Shown: positions 54,278-63,215 of the stretch, piece by piece
Position numbering within the stretch: the stretch's first letter is position 1
How the letters are laid out: the number at the start of each line of letters is the position of its first letter
Virus record (IMG/VR): IMGVR_UViG_3300033405_000012
Location: 14,142 to 78,141 of that record
Strand: one strand, 5' to 3'
Source of the DNA: a virus
Lineage: Duplodnaviria > Heunggongvirae > Uroviricota > Caudoviricetes
Length of the DNA stretch: 64,000 nucleotides
Made by a program: the position numbers and the translations under genes
Notes under the pieces: generated by a model
The model's database searches: none
What the model saw: only the letters and a program-made list of their open reading frames with translations
What the model was told of the DNA's origin: nothing

Positions 54278-55180
54278 CTAGCGGCGCGACCCTTTCTGCG
54301 GACGGAGCCCGAGCAACTCAGGGTTCTTTGCCCGAAGCTCCATGTACTGCTGTTGGGTCAGCTTCCGCGGATCGACTTTGCCGCCGCCTCCCGACGCAAG
54401 GCCGCCGGTTGCCGCACTCGACCCGATGCCGCTGACGACGCCGGACTTGAAGAGGTTGCCGTAGGTCTGCGGCAACTCCTTCATCCGCTTCACAGCGCTC
54501 TCGGGCGTGTGCAGGGTCACGGTCGGCTCCCCGGTGTTCGGATCGGTGTCCGGGAAGTCCACCACGACCTTGAATTTCCCCGTGCCCTTGCCCGTCTTCT
54601 CGTCCGTGATCTCGGTCAAGCGGGTCATGGGGCGCAACACGGACATGACCGTGTTGGTGTTGAACGCATCGCCGCCGACGGCCGCATCCATCAAGGCCCG
54701 CTCGACCGTGCCCTCACGGTAGCGCTGTTCCCACACCTCGCGGGCCTTCTTCTCGTCCGTCAACTGCTTCGTGTACTGCTCTTCGAGCTGCTTCCGCTCG
54801 TGGGCCAACTGCTGTTCCTTCGTCCGCGTCTCCTTCCGCATGTCTTCCAACTGCTGGGCCAACTGCTCGCGCTCTTGGATGGTCAGGTTCTTCGACGCCG
54901 ACACCTCCTCAAGCATCTTCTCGACCCGCTGAAGCTGCGCCTGGTGCTTCCGCTTGTCCTCCGCGAGGTAGCGGTTCAGGTCGTCCTGGGTGAAGCGGGT
55001 CTCGCCCGCACCGGCACCCGCGCCTCCGCTTGCGCCGGCCGCGGCACCGGCCCCGGTCCCGGCACCTGCGCCGGCTGCCGCGCCCGCGCCTGCGCCCGCA
55101 CCGGCTCCCGCGCCGGCACCGTCGCCACCCTCGCCGTCGAAACAAGCCACCACCGCACGCGACAAATAGAGAGACTGCAT
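54278..55180 (-). CDS. scaffolding protein
   Basis: Start at MQSLYLSRAVVACFDGEGG, then a (GA)n linker, then a long charged coiled-coil (QQLEDMRKETRTKEQQLAHERKQLEEQY). Confidence 0.65.
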   Translation of the reverse strand: MQSLYLSRAVVACFDGEGGDGAGAGAGAGAGAGAAAGAGAGTGAGAAAGASGGAGAGAGETRFTQDDLNRYLAEDKRKHQAQLQRVEKMLEEVSASKNLTIQEREQLAQQLEDMRKETRTKEQQLAHERKQLEEQYTKQLTDEKKAREVWEQRYREGTVERALMDAAVGGDAFNTNTVMSVLRPMTRLTEITDEKTGKGTGKFKVVVDFPDTDPNTGEPTVTLHTPESAVKRMKELPQTYGNLFKSGVVSGIGSSAATGGLASGGGGKVDPRKLTQQQYMELRAKNPELLGLRPQKGSRR

Positions 55181-55304
55181 CGCTGTTCTCACACCCACGA
55201 TTGAGGTGCAGACGCCGAACGTCGTGGTCCGCAGGCGTCTCAAAGCCACGGCCTTAGAATGGGTCGCCGTGTTGGCCCAGCATTGGAGCCCGGCACACGC
55301 CAGG

Positions 55305-55874
55305 CTACGAAACTCGGGACAATCGCACGGCCTGGTCGTCGCGCAGAAACGGCTTCAAGAGCGACCAGGCCAAGGGATTCGGCACCAGGTTAATCAGGTG
55401 CTCGATCGGCACCATGCTCCGCTCGTAGTGCGTCCGCACCTCGGCGTAGCCTTGGGCCGTCACCGTCAAGTTCTCCAACTCCATTTGCGGGTCCACGCCA
55501 TCCAACAGACTGTAGGCCAATTCGTACTCGGCCATGCGGATGGCGTCCGGGATCGTCGTGTCCGAGCCGCGCGGGAACTCCAACGGCTGACTCGCTTCGG
55601 CGGCGCGTTCCCCCTGCCGATATTGCTGTTCGCTGCGCCAGTCAACCGCATCATCGGTCGGATCGCGCCACGGAGGGGGCGTTTGCTGGCGGTACACCCA
55701 GACCGCGTGCTTGTCCCCCTTGAACGCAAGGTTGTCGATCAGCCGGCGGGCCGACAACAGGGCCTTGTTCTGTTCCGTGGGGCACGCATCGTCCCAGGCG
55801 TCCGAATGCAGGCGGCCGGCGAAGTAGGCGTTGGCCTCGTCGAGGCTGCCGTAGATGTCCGCGTTGATCGCCAT
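55305..55874 (-). CDS. gp6-like head-tail connector domain protein
   Basis: YGSLDEANAYFAGRLHSDAWDDA...KALLSARRLIDNLAFKG matches the N-terminal signature of the gp6-like connector family. Confidence 0.5.
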   Translation of the reverse strand: MAINADIYGSLDEANAYFAGRLHSDAWDDACPTEQNKALLSARRLIDNLAFKGDKHAVWVYRQQTPPPWRDPTDDAVDWRSEQQYRQGERAAEASQPLEFPRGSDTTIPDAIRMAEYELAYSLLDGVDPQMELENLTVTAQGYAEVRTHYERSMVPIEHLINLVPNPLAWSLLKPFLRDDQAVRLSRVS

Positions 55875-55932
55875 TGCTACGCCTGCCCTAAAGCCCTCGA
55901 CCCTACCTCGTGACAGCCACACACCAGCGCCG

Positions 55933-56253
55933 CTACACCCCTATCCACGCAAGGTCCTGATTGGCACTCCTGGAGACCACATACACCTGCGTGGGGTCGT
56001 CCACCGGCAAATCAATCGCATGTCCGGGCAAAAGCGGCATCCCACCGGTAGCTGCCGAATCCGCCGTGACACTGCGCCTTCCGACATAGATCACGTCCGT
56101 GTTCGGCACCGGATCATTGGGACCCGGAGCCCGAAGGAGAACGCCGCGAACGAACTTGAAAGTCAGTGTTGTCAACGGCATCGGCGTGGTGCCAACCACG
56201 GTATGCCCGTGCGCCAGCCTGTTGGACGGCGATGTTTCTTTGACTTCCCACAT
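55933..56253 (-). CDS. hypothetical virion-module protein
   Basis: 106-aa ORF. Confidence 0.45.
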   Translation of the reverse strand: MWEVKETSPSNRLAHGHTVVGTTPMPLTTLTFKFVRGVLLRAPGPNDPVPNTDVIYVGRRSVTADSAATGGMPLLPGHAIDLPVDDPTQVYVVSRSANQDLAWIGV

Positions 56254-56255
56254 GG

Positions 56256-58157
56256 CTACTCGCCCTCTTGCTGATTGTGCTTGCCCTTGCCACGGACAGG
56301 CGGCTTTGTCGTGTCTTTCAGCGTGGTATCGCGGCTGGCCGCCTTCTCTTCCTTGCCCGCGCTGGAATTCGCCGAAAGATCACGGACGCCGCGGGCCCCG
56401 GCATCACTGTTCATGTCCCCGGCGACCTCGTTCAGGGCCGTCGATTCGGAGCCGGCCCACTTCTCCGTGGCCGGATCGCGGCTTGTGGCCCCGGTGGTCT
56501 GCGAACCCAATTGGCCGCCCTTCTGCTGGGCTTGCAGAATCCGAATCGCCCTCGCGGCATGGTCGGCCCGGGCCTGGATGTGCTCGTCGTCGTTGAAGCC
56601 CAGGGCCATCGAGCCGGTCTTCTCGCCGCACAGGCCGGCCTCGACCGCCGCAATGATGGTCGTTGGGTCGCTGGTGGCGTAGGGGGCCTTGTCGATCTCG
56701 TCGAAGATAGCCTGAATGTCGCCGACGCTGATCTTGCCGCCCAACAGGGCCAACACGATGTTCTTGGCCAACTCGCGCTTGACCTTCTGCCCCGGCACGG
56801 CGTACATCAGCTTGACCAGGCTTTGGGCCTCCGCAATCCGGTCGGAATCCGTCTTGAGGCTGTAGCGGTCGGGATACTTGATGGTGGCGACGTTCCGTTT
56901 GGCCGCATCACGCTCTTCGTAGGCCGCCCAAAACTCGGCGACCTGCCGCTCGGCGGCCTCCAACACCAAGCCGATGTAGGACAGCCCCGCTTCGAGCCCC
57001 TGGTTGTCCATCGACTTCGATTCCGCCGTGGCCCGGTTCGCCGTGTCGGCCACCGCCAGATGAATCAGCTTGCGGATGTCGTCTTCCAGCTTGGCTTGCA
57101 GGTCCATCGAAGCCTTCAAGGGCTCGCTCGACGGATTGATGAACGCGGGCTGATTCGCCTTCAAGTCGTAGGTCCGGCCTTGCGTGACGCCGACCTTGAT
57201 GTCGCTGTCGGCGGCTGCCTGGCCGCCCGTCGTCGCCGTGCCGTCCTCGCCCACCGCGTTCTTCAAGTGGCTGCCGGTGGCGCGCTGGTCCCTCTGCTCG
57301 ACATAGAAGGGGAAGTTGGCCTTCAGGGCGTAGTTGATGTCGCTGGACCCCAGGTTCAGCAAGGCGATCTGGTGGTTCACCACGTCCTTAATCATGCTGT
57401 CGCCGATGTCCAACAGCACGAAGGGGATGCGGGTCAACTCCAACTCCACGGCCCCGGCCGGATTCCCCTCGCGGTCGATGGGATTGCCGGCGGTGTCCAG
57501 GAATTGCAGGTTGACCTTGCCCGTGTCACGGTCGATCCACAACATGCGGAACCGCTCGACGGTGGTGGTCGGCAGGTAGGTCCGCTGGTCGAAGTTGAGC
57601 ACCACGTCGCGGAGCAAGAGCGCCTGGAACGTGGACGGTTCATCCGGCTTGGCGCAGGTCCAGCTCAGGATGTCTTCGATGGGATAGAAGTACAGGTACG
57701 GCCGGTAGTTCTGCACGTCCGCCAAGGTGGCGTTGCCGGGGACCAGCGGGGAATCCACGTAGACGCCCACGCGGCCCATAATGAGCAGCTCGGTCAGCAC
57801 CTTGATGCCCAGGAAGCCGTTCATCGTGTTGCCGCGAAGATCGACGCCCAGGTCCAGGCCGTTGACGGCACGCTGGTAGGCCGCCGTGCCGCCGCGCCGG
57901 GTCGTGTCCTTGAGCCGCTGGAAAATGGCGTTGCGCACGTCGTCGATCGCCACGCGGGCATAGGTGGGGATCGGCGTCATGTTCAGGCGGCTCTGGAACT
58001 CCGGCTCGCTTTCCCGCCCGGAGAACTTCTGGAGGAACAGCTTGCGGAAGTATTCGCCGCCGTTGTAGCAGATGCGCCACTTCCGCCAGTCCAGCAGGCT
58101 GCTGAGGTAGCTCGGGTGTCTGACTTCGACGATGTTGGTGATGTACTGGACAACCAC
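56256..58157 (-). CDS. portal protein
   Basis: 633 aa, acidic C-terminus. Lies between the terminase-side genes and scaffold/capsid. Confidence 0.65.
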   Translation of the reverse strand: MVVQYITNIVEVRHPSYLSSLLDWRKWRICYNGGEYFRKLFLQKFSGRESEPEFQSRLNMTPIPTYARVAIDDVRNAIFQRLKDTTRRGGTAAYQRAVNGLDLGVDLRGNTMNGFLGIKVLTELLIMGRVGVYVDSPLVPGNATLADVQNYRPYLYFYPIEDILSWTCAKPDEPSTFQALLLRDVVLNFDQRTYLPTTTVERFRMLWIDRDTGKVNLQFLDTAGNPIDREGNPAGAVELELTRIPFVLLDIGDSMIKDVVNHQIALLNLGSSDINYALKANFPFYVEQRDQRATGSHLKNAVGEDGTATTGGQAAADSDIKVGVTQGRTYDLKANQPAFINPSSEPLKASMDLQAKLEDDIRKLIHLAVADTANRATAESKSMDNQGLEAGLSYIGLVLEAAERQVAEFWAAYEERDAAKRNVATIKYPDRYSLKTDSDRIAEAQSLVKLMYAVPGQKVKRELAKNIVLALLGGKISVGDIQAIFDEIDKAPYATSDPTTIIAAVEAGLCGEKTGSMALGFNDDEHIQARADHAARAIRILQAQQKGGQLGSQTTGATSRDPATEKWAGSESTALNEVAGDMNSDAGARGVRDLSANSSAGKEEKAASRDTTLKDTTKPPVRGKGKHNQQEGE

Positions 58158-58206
58158 GAGCGTATCTCCCCGTCAACCGAGCAATGCTAAAGCACACTGA
58201 GCCGGG

Positions 58207-58443
58207 CTAATCACACCAGAGACCGCCCAAGGCGAGATTGACCACTGAGAGAGTGGCGTCACCGCCCACAACGAGAATCCCCGTTGTCGCGCCGACCGGT
58301 ACGCCGCTGCGCACGTCGCTTGCCCCGGGCACATGGCAGCTACCCGCCAAAGTGTCCGCGACCCCGTACAACGTGCCGAACCGCACGTCGGCCGCAGCAG
58401 GAACAACGATCTGTGGCCCGGGAAAATAATTGATCGGAAACAT
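58207..58443 (-). CDS. small hypothetical protein resembling C-terminus of the 876-aa BNR protein
   Basis: DVRFGTLYG...ASDVRSGVPVGATTG versus DVRHGTQYG...AGDVRVGVNVDATVG. Confidence 0.35.
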   Translation of the reverse strand: MFPINYFPGPQIVVPAAADVRFGTLYGVADTLAGSCHVPGASDVRSGVPVGATTGILVVGGDATLSVVNLALGGLWCD

Positions 58444-58447
58444 GGCG

Positions 58448-60571
58448 CTAGCTCCCGATTGCGCTGGCCGTCCGTGCGCCGGTCGCCTTGTTGAAAGTGA
58501 CGCTCAGCGCCAACGTCGTTCCGTCCTGCGCGAGGAAATTGGCGGTGCAGGTTCCGTCGCCGTTGTCGGTGACTGTCAGTTTTCCTCCGGCCACGGCCAG
58601 CAATGCTCGCGTGAAACGCGACCAGGAAACACCGTCCAGGGTGAGGCCCGTCACGGCATCCGTCACGGCGTCCGCGACCTGCGACTGATTGAGCGGGTCG
58701 ATCACCAGGTCGCAGATGTACAGAGCGAGGCTGCTCGGCGACGGATACGAGGCGTAAATGGCCGACACCGTGCTGTCGTCGATCAAGACAAGCTCGCCAT
58801 ACTGATCTCCATTCGGCGGAGTGAGCCACTGCACGGCATACCAGGTCTGCTGCTCGTCCCAACTGACTGCCAGCAATGTACTCGTGGTCTGGCTCGGGCC
58901 CGCCAGCGGCAGCATCGCACGGGTCAGGAGAAGCGAGACGCCGCTGGGAGTGCGCACGACCGCGGGTTTCCCGCCATGCCCGACATAGAACGCACGCCGG
59001 GGGCCGACCCAGGTGGCCCCGAGATCGGGGCTGGATGCCCGCCAAATCGTCCCGCTGCTGTCACTGCGGATCAGCGCGACAATCTCGCCACCCGGCAGCA
59101 AGGTAAGCTCCGTCTCACTCATCTCCTGCCCCATCGCTGGGCCGTTTGCAACCGTCGCCCCAAGCGTCCAGGTGGTGTAGGGGGCGACAGCGTGTATTAC
59201 GCACACGCTATCGGTTGCGTCGGTCCCGGCCGCAGTCAGGCCGCCGTTGATTGCCAACAGCAGCGACCCATCCGGCAACTGGAGAGCACGGTTGTTCGCC
59301 GACACGGCGTTGGAGCCACTGGCGAGTGGGTAAAGCGCGATCTGACTGCCACTCTGAGGAACCCAAGTCGGAGCCGCGGGCGGCGTGGCAGTGTTCATCG
59401 CGTGGTAGATCGTCACCAGCGTGCCCAAGGAAAGCGTGTTCGTGCTCGCATTCCATGTTGCCACGCAGCCGAGGATGGCGGTGTGTGCATACGTGGGCAG
59501 GGCGTCGTATGCCTTCCAATGCAACCAAATCTGACCGGTCAGATTCCCGTTCGTGTCACGTAGCGGAGTGGCTTCCACGTCGGACGCCACGCCGAACGGG
59601 CTCGACGGCGTGTAGAAGCACACCGGGCCGCTCCATGTCCCATCAAGCCCGCGCCGCTGATAGTACAGGGAGCCGAAGCCCTCGTTGTTCATGGTCGTGT
59701 TCGACGAGTACAACACCAGGCGCGAACCATCGGGCAGAAGGCAGTACGTCGGCTCACTGTTCCAATTCGTTCCCAAGGCCGGCTGGCTGGGCACTTGACT
59801 CGGAGCGCTGATCGTCAGCGGCGAAGCGCCGTTGGGCAACCAGGCGGATTCAATGCAGATCGCGTCGAGCGGCTGGGTCTGAGTCACGCCGCCGACCGCG
59901 TAAGTGGCCACCGGGAAAACCATGTCGCCCGGCAAGTAACTCTGCGGATACGGCCTCGTGGCCGAGGCATACGGCGCAGTCGCCGTGATGCGGTAGATGC
60001 CGGTCGCCAAATGCTGCACGGAGAAGTTGCCGTTGCTCAGCGCCAGCGCGTCAACCGCCCCATCGTGCCAGACCGCGATGGTCACACCGCCGTCTACGTC
60101 GCACAAGGCGTTCGTAGCCGGATCATAGACCCAAAGCGTGTAGTCGTACTGGTCGCCAATGCGCAAGCTCTGGATCGCCCGGCTGCCTGCGCCTCCCGCC
60201 GCACCCGTGGGAATCGGATTCCCATTGCGGTTGTCCGCCCCTTGGAGGGTGAAATGCGTGCCATCCCAATGCCCGAAGTACGAGGCGACCAACACATCGG
60301 ACACGGCAGCCGTTTCGCCAGCCTGGGCGTAGAGGTCCACCCAGTACCAGCCGGCAACCATCACGCCGCCAATCGCCGGCAGCGAGCCGATGTAGAAGTA
60401 TCCGCCAGCCGGCGTCTCTGCCAGGGGCAGGCCGTAATTCGCCCAGTTTGCGACCGTCAGTGTCTCGAAGGCGAGCGTGCTGGCATTCCAGCGCTGGCCG
60501 CTGACCTGGCGCATCACGGCGTACAGGGTCGCCCCGGTTGCCCGATAAGGATGGTTGATCTCGTTCGCCAT
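58448..60571 (-). CDS. BNR/Asp-box repeat (sialidase-like beta-propeller) protein
   Basis: SSPDLGATW and SWDEQQTW Asp-box (SxDxGxTW) motifs. 707 aa, beta-rich. Confidence 0.6.
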   Translation of the reverse strand: MANEINHPYRATGATLYAVMRQVSGQRWNASTLAFETLTVANWANYGLPLAETPAGGYFYIGSLPAIGGVMVAGWYWVDLYAQAGETAAVSDVLVASYFGHWDGTHFTLQGADNRNGNPIPTGAAGGAGSRAIQSLRIGDQYDYTLWVYDPATNALCDVDGGVTIAVWHDGAVDALALSNGNFSVQHLATGIYRITATAPYASATRPYPQSYLPGDMVFPVATYAVGGVTQTQPLDAICIESAWLPNGASPLTISAPSQVPSQPALGTNWNSEPTYCLLPDGSRLVLYSSNTTMNNEGFGSLYYQRRGLDGTWSGPVCFYTPSSPFGVASDVEATPLRDTNGNLTGQIWLHWKAYDALPTYAHTAILGCVATWNASTNTLSLGTLVTIYHAMNTATPPAAPTWVPQSGSQIALYPLASGSNAVSANNRALQLPDGSLLLAINGGLTAAGTDATDSVCVIHAVAPYTTWTLGATVANGPAMGQEMSETELTLLPGGEIVALIRSDSSGTIWRASSPDLGATWVGPRRAFYVGHGGKPAVVRTPSGVSLLLTRAMLPLAGPSQTTSTLLAVSWDEQQTWYAVQWLTPPNGDQYGELVLIDDSTVSAIYASYPSPSSLALYICDLVIDPLNQSQVADAVTDAVTGLTLDGVSWSRFTRALLAVAGGKLTVTDNGDGTCTANFLAQDGTTLALSVTFNKATGARTASAIGS

Positions 60572-60572
60572 A

Positions 60573-63203
60573 TCAGTAAGTCCCCGTGCGGACGCCGAAG
60601 GTTGGATGGACGAAGTACACGCCTACGGTGGCATCGACGTTGACGCCGACGCGCACGTCACCGGCGGCTGGAATGTAAGCCGATCCGGTGTGAGCCGTGC
60701 CGCCCGCGCCGTATTGCGTACCGTGCCGCACGTCGGTCGTGGCGGCCTCTGTCACGGTCCCAGTCGTTGGGCTGGCTGGATCGCCGTAAGAAGCAGTCGT
60801 CAAGGCTTCACTGGCCGGGCAGTCGGCACGGGTGCCCAGCACGCCGTCACCCCGATCAACGCCGGAAAGCACTTCATTCGCCGGGGGCAGCGATGCGATC
60901 ACTGTCTGACCGAAGAAGTTCGGATCGTAGAAAAGCCTCTTCGGGCTGGCGTTGCTGTAGACAATCAGGGCGGCCGCGCCGTCTGAATTCCACTTGGGGA
61001 ACGCAATGTTCGTGCCGCCGGCCGTTGTCCCTATCAAAGTGCCCGGTAATACCGGGTCTACCAGCAAGCCCGTGGCCAACGTGGAAGCGTTGATCGGCGT
61101 CTTACTCCGATAGAAGCGGAGCGAGTTGCGGAACCCGGAGGGCTCGGCCGTCGGATTCGGCCCGAGAATCCAAAGATAGCCGCCCACCACCTGGAGGTTC
61201 AAAGGCGTGTTCGAGGACCACACCGGGCTCCGTATCTGCACGCCGCTGGAATACGACCCGTCTAGCTGAGTGAAGGCACTCCAGGTCGCACCGCCATCCG
61301 TTGAATACGAATAGGGGGCAAACAAGTAGTTGCCTGCCTCCGTCACTACCAGCAACGTGCCATCGTCGGCCTCGGCCAGCGTCAACTCGTAAAGGGTACT
61401 CACGCCGGAGCCGTAAGACGGCGTAACCAACGTCAGGCTCCAATCGCTGGCGAGCACCGGCTGGCTCTTGTCGGCCGCATTTCCATTGCTGCTGATCGAC
61501 TTGTAGATGCACATTTGGAACGATGATCCCGTACCATACGTGCCGACGGCGATCCAGCATTGCTGGTGCGCACTCCAGATCACATCCGTGATGACTACGC
61601 TGCCCACGACCTGGCCGGATATGGTGGCCTCTGCCGACCACGTTACGCCACCATCCGTAGACAAGGTTTGTACGAGATCGCTGACGACCGTGGGTGTGGT
61701 CTGCCACACTCGCTCAGCCAACACGAGCAGCGTGTTGCCGCGCCCGATCAGTCGGCCGGCCTGCAACGCCCACTGTACCGGAATGAGCACACCGCTCGCT
61801 GGCACGACCGTCGCCGTCAGTTGCTCCACAAGTCCCCACGCCGACGCATTCCCGCCGCCATACGTCCCCGCCGCGGGATCAATGATCGCGGACCAGCCCG
61901 CGTAGCCGCCAATGGTGGTCAACAGGGTCGTCAGCGTCGTCGAAGTTCCAAGTGTGATCTGTGCTACGCGATGGCCAGTGTCAGTCCCGTCCACGAAGAG
62001 ATTCAGGTAGCGCGTCGCCGCCACCGCGCTGTTGGTGATCGTGTAATAGCCGGTATGTCCCGCGCTGTTGTAGCTAAGCTGAATACCCGGCTGCGTCTTC
62101 AACGGGAACACCAGCGCCGGCGGACTCCAGGCACTACATGCCGGATTCAGCGCGCGATACAGATTCACCCGGGCGTCGCCCAGTTGGGACGTGAGCCCCT
62201 CGCAACACGCGACCACAACCGTGCCCGAGGCTGTCCGCGCCGCACCCATCATGCGATTCGCACCGCTGACCCAATACGGAATGGGTGTGTTCGCTGCCGA
62301 ATGATAGAGCGAGGTAATCGGGCTAAGAACCTTGTGGCGCGATAAGATCGCCGGATCAAACGGGGGCTCCGTTTGTCCCTGACCATTCGGCTGATAGGTC
62401 GTGTCCTGGCCCCACAACTGGTCCACGACATGGACGTAGCAGGCAGCTTCCGCCGAACTCGCCACCAGGAAGGCCGTAATCGGCACCGTGCCGCCGGGCA
62501 ACGAGCACTGGCCGACACCCATGCAGAACCAATCCGGGCTGTCCACGTCGCAAAGCCATTGCGACTGGACCCATGCCTCGCACCACCACAAGTCCGCAAC
62601 CGGGCTGCCGCTATCGTTCAGTACCGGACCGCGAATGACCAATGCCACCCCCACTTCCTCCTTGAAAGTGGCACCACTCACGGCTAGAAGCGGATTGACC
62701 AACTCACCGGGAAGTGCCGTGCCACTCGTGTCCGCAGTCGTGACGGCCATCGCCATCGCAACCGCGGTCCCCGAGGAATTGGTTTGGAGCGAGGTGGCAG
62801 CACCGCCAATGCACACTGAGAACAGCCCGGCTCCCGTGCTGCCGGGGTTCGTGCCCAGCGCGGCGTAACCCGTCGAGTTTGCCAAAACGACGTTCACGCC
62901 AACCGGCATTTCCTGCCAGTAGAGCGTCCGAAGACTCACGTAAGGGCCGTTCGTCGTATCAATGGCCTGGTAGGTCGGTGTCCCCGCCGAGGCCCCAGGA
63001 TACGCGCAGCCCCCAATCGAAAGCGTGCCGCCGGCCGCCGTCTGGCCGATCTTGAGGGAGTAGTTGTCCAAGGCGCGCGACGGGTTGGAAGAGCCCAAGG
63101 CGTCCATCTGCAAGGTGCCAATCAAGCCTGCCTTGGTGGCAGCCGCCCCGGCGGCTCCACTCAGGCTGCCGGCTAGGTATGTGTCTTGATACCAGACGGA
63201 CAT
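60573..63203 (-). CDS. BNR/Asp-box repeat large protein
   Basis: STDGGVTWS and STDGGATWS Asp-boxes. 876 aa. Confidence 0.6.
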   Translation of the reverse strand: MSVWYQDTYLAGSLSGAAGAAATKAGLIGTLQMDALGSSNPSRALDNYSLKIGQTAAGGTLSIGGCAYPGASAGTPTYQAIDTTNGPYVSLRTLYWQEMPVGVNVVLANSTGYAALGTNPGSTGAGLFSVCIGGAATSLQTNSSGTAVAMAMAVTTADTSGTALPGELVNPLLAVSGATFKEEVGVALVIRGPVLNDSGSPVADLWWCEAWVQSQWLCDVDSPDWFCMGVGQCSLPGGTVPITAFLVASSAEAACYVHVVDQLWGQDTTYQPNGQGQTEPPFDPAILSRHKVLSPITSLYHSAANTPIPYWVSGANRMMGAARTASGTVVVACCEGLTSQLGDARVNLYRALNPACSAWSPPALVFPLKTQPGIQLSYNSAGHTGYYTITNSAVAATRYLNLFVDGTDTGHRVAQITLGTSTTLTTLLTTIGGYAGWSAIIDPAAGTYGGGNASAWGLVEQLTATVVPASGVLIPVQWALQAGRLIGRGNTLLVLAERVWQTTPTVVSDLVQTLSTDGGVTWSAEATISGQVVGSVVITDVIWSAHQQCWIAVGTYGTGSSFQMCIYKSISSNGNAADKSQPVLASDWSLTLVTPSYGSGVSTLYELTLAEADDGTLLVVTEAGNYLFAPYSYSTDGGATWSAFTQLDGSYSSGVQIRSPVWSSNTPLNLQVVGGYLWILGPNPTAEPSGFRNSLRFYRSKTPINASTLATGLLVDPVLPGTLIGTTAGGTNIAFPKWNSDGAAALIVYSNASPKRLFYDPNFFGQTVIASLPPANEVLSGVDRGDGVLGTRADCPASEALTTASYGDPASPTTGTVTEAATTDVRHGTQYGAGGTAHTGSAYIPAAGDVRVGVNVDATVGVYFVHPTFGVRTGTY

Positions 63204-63215
63204 TGGCTCGACTCC

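Noticed and set aside
54950-55140. GC-rich (GCN)n tract as a simple-sequence repeat element
   Set aside because: It is the in-frame (Gly-Ala)n linker of the scaffolding protein (GAGAGAGAGAGAAAGAGAG...), coding low complexity rather than a non-coding repeat.
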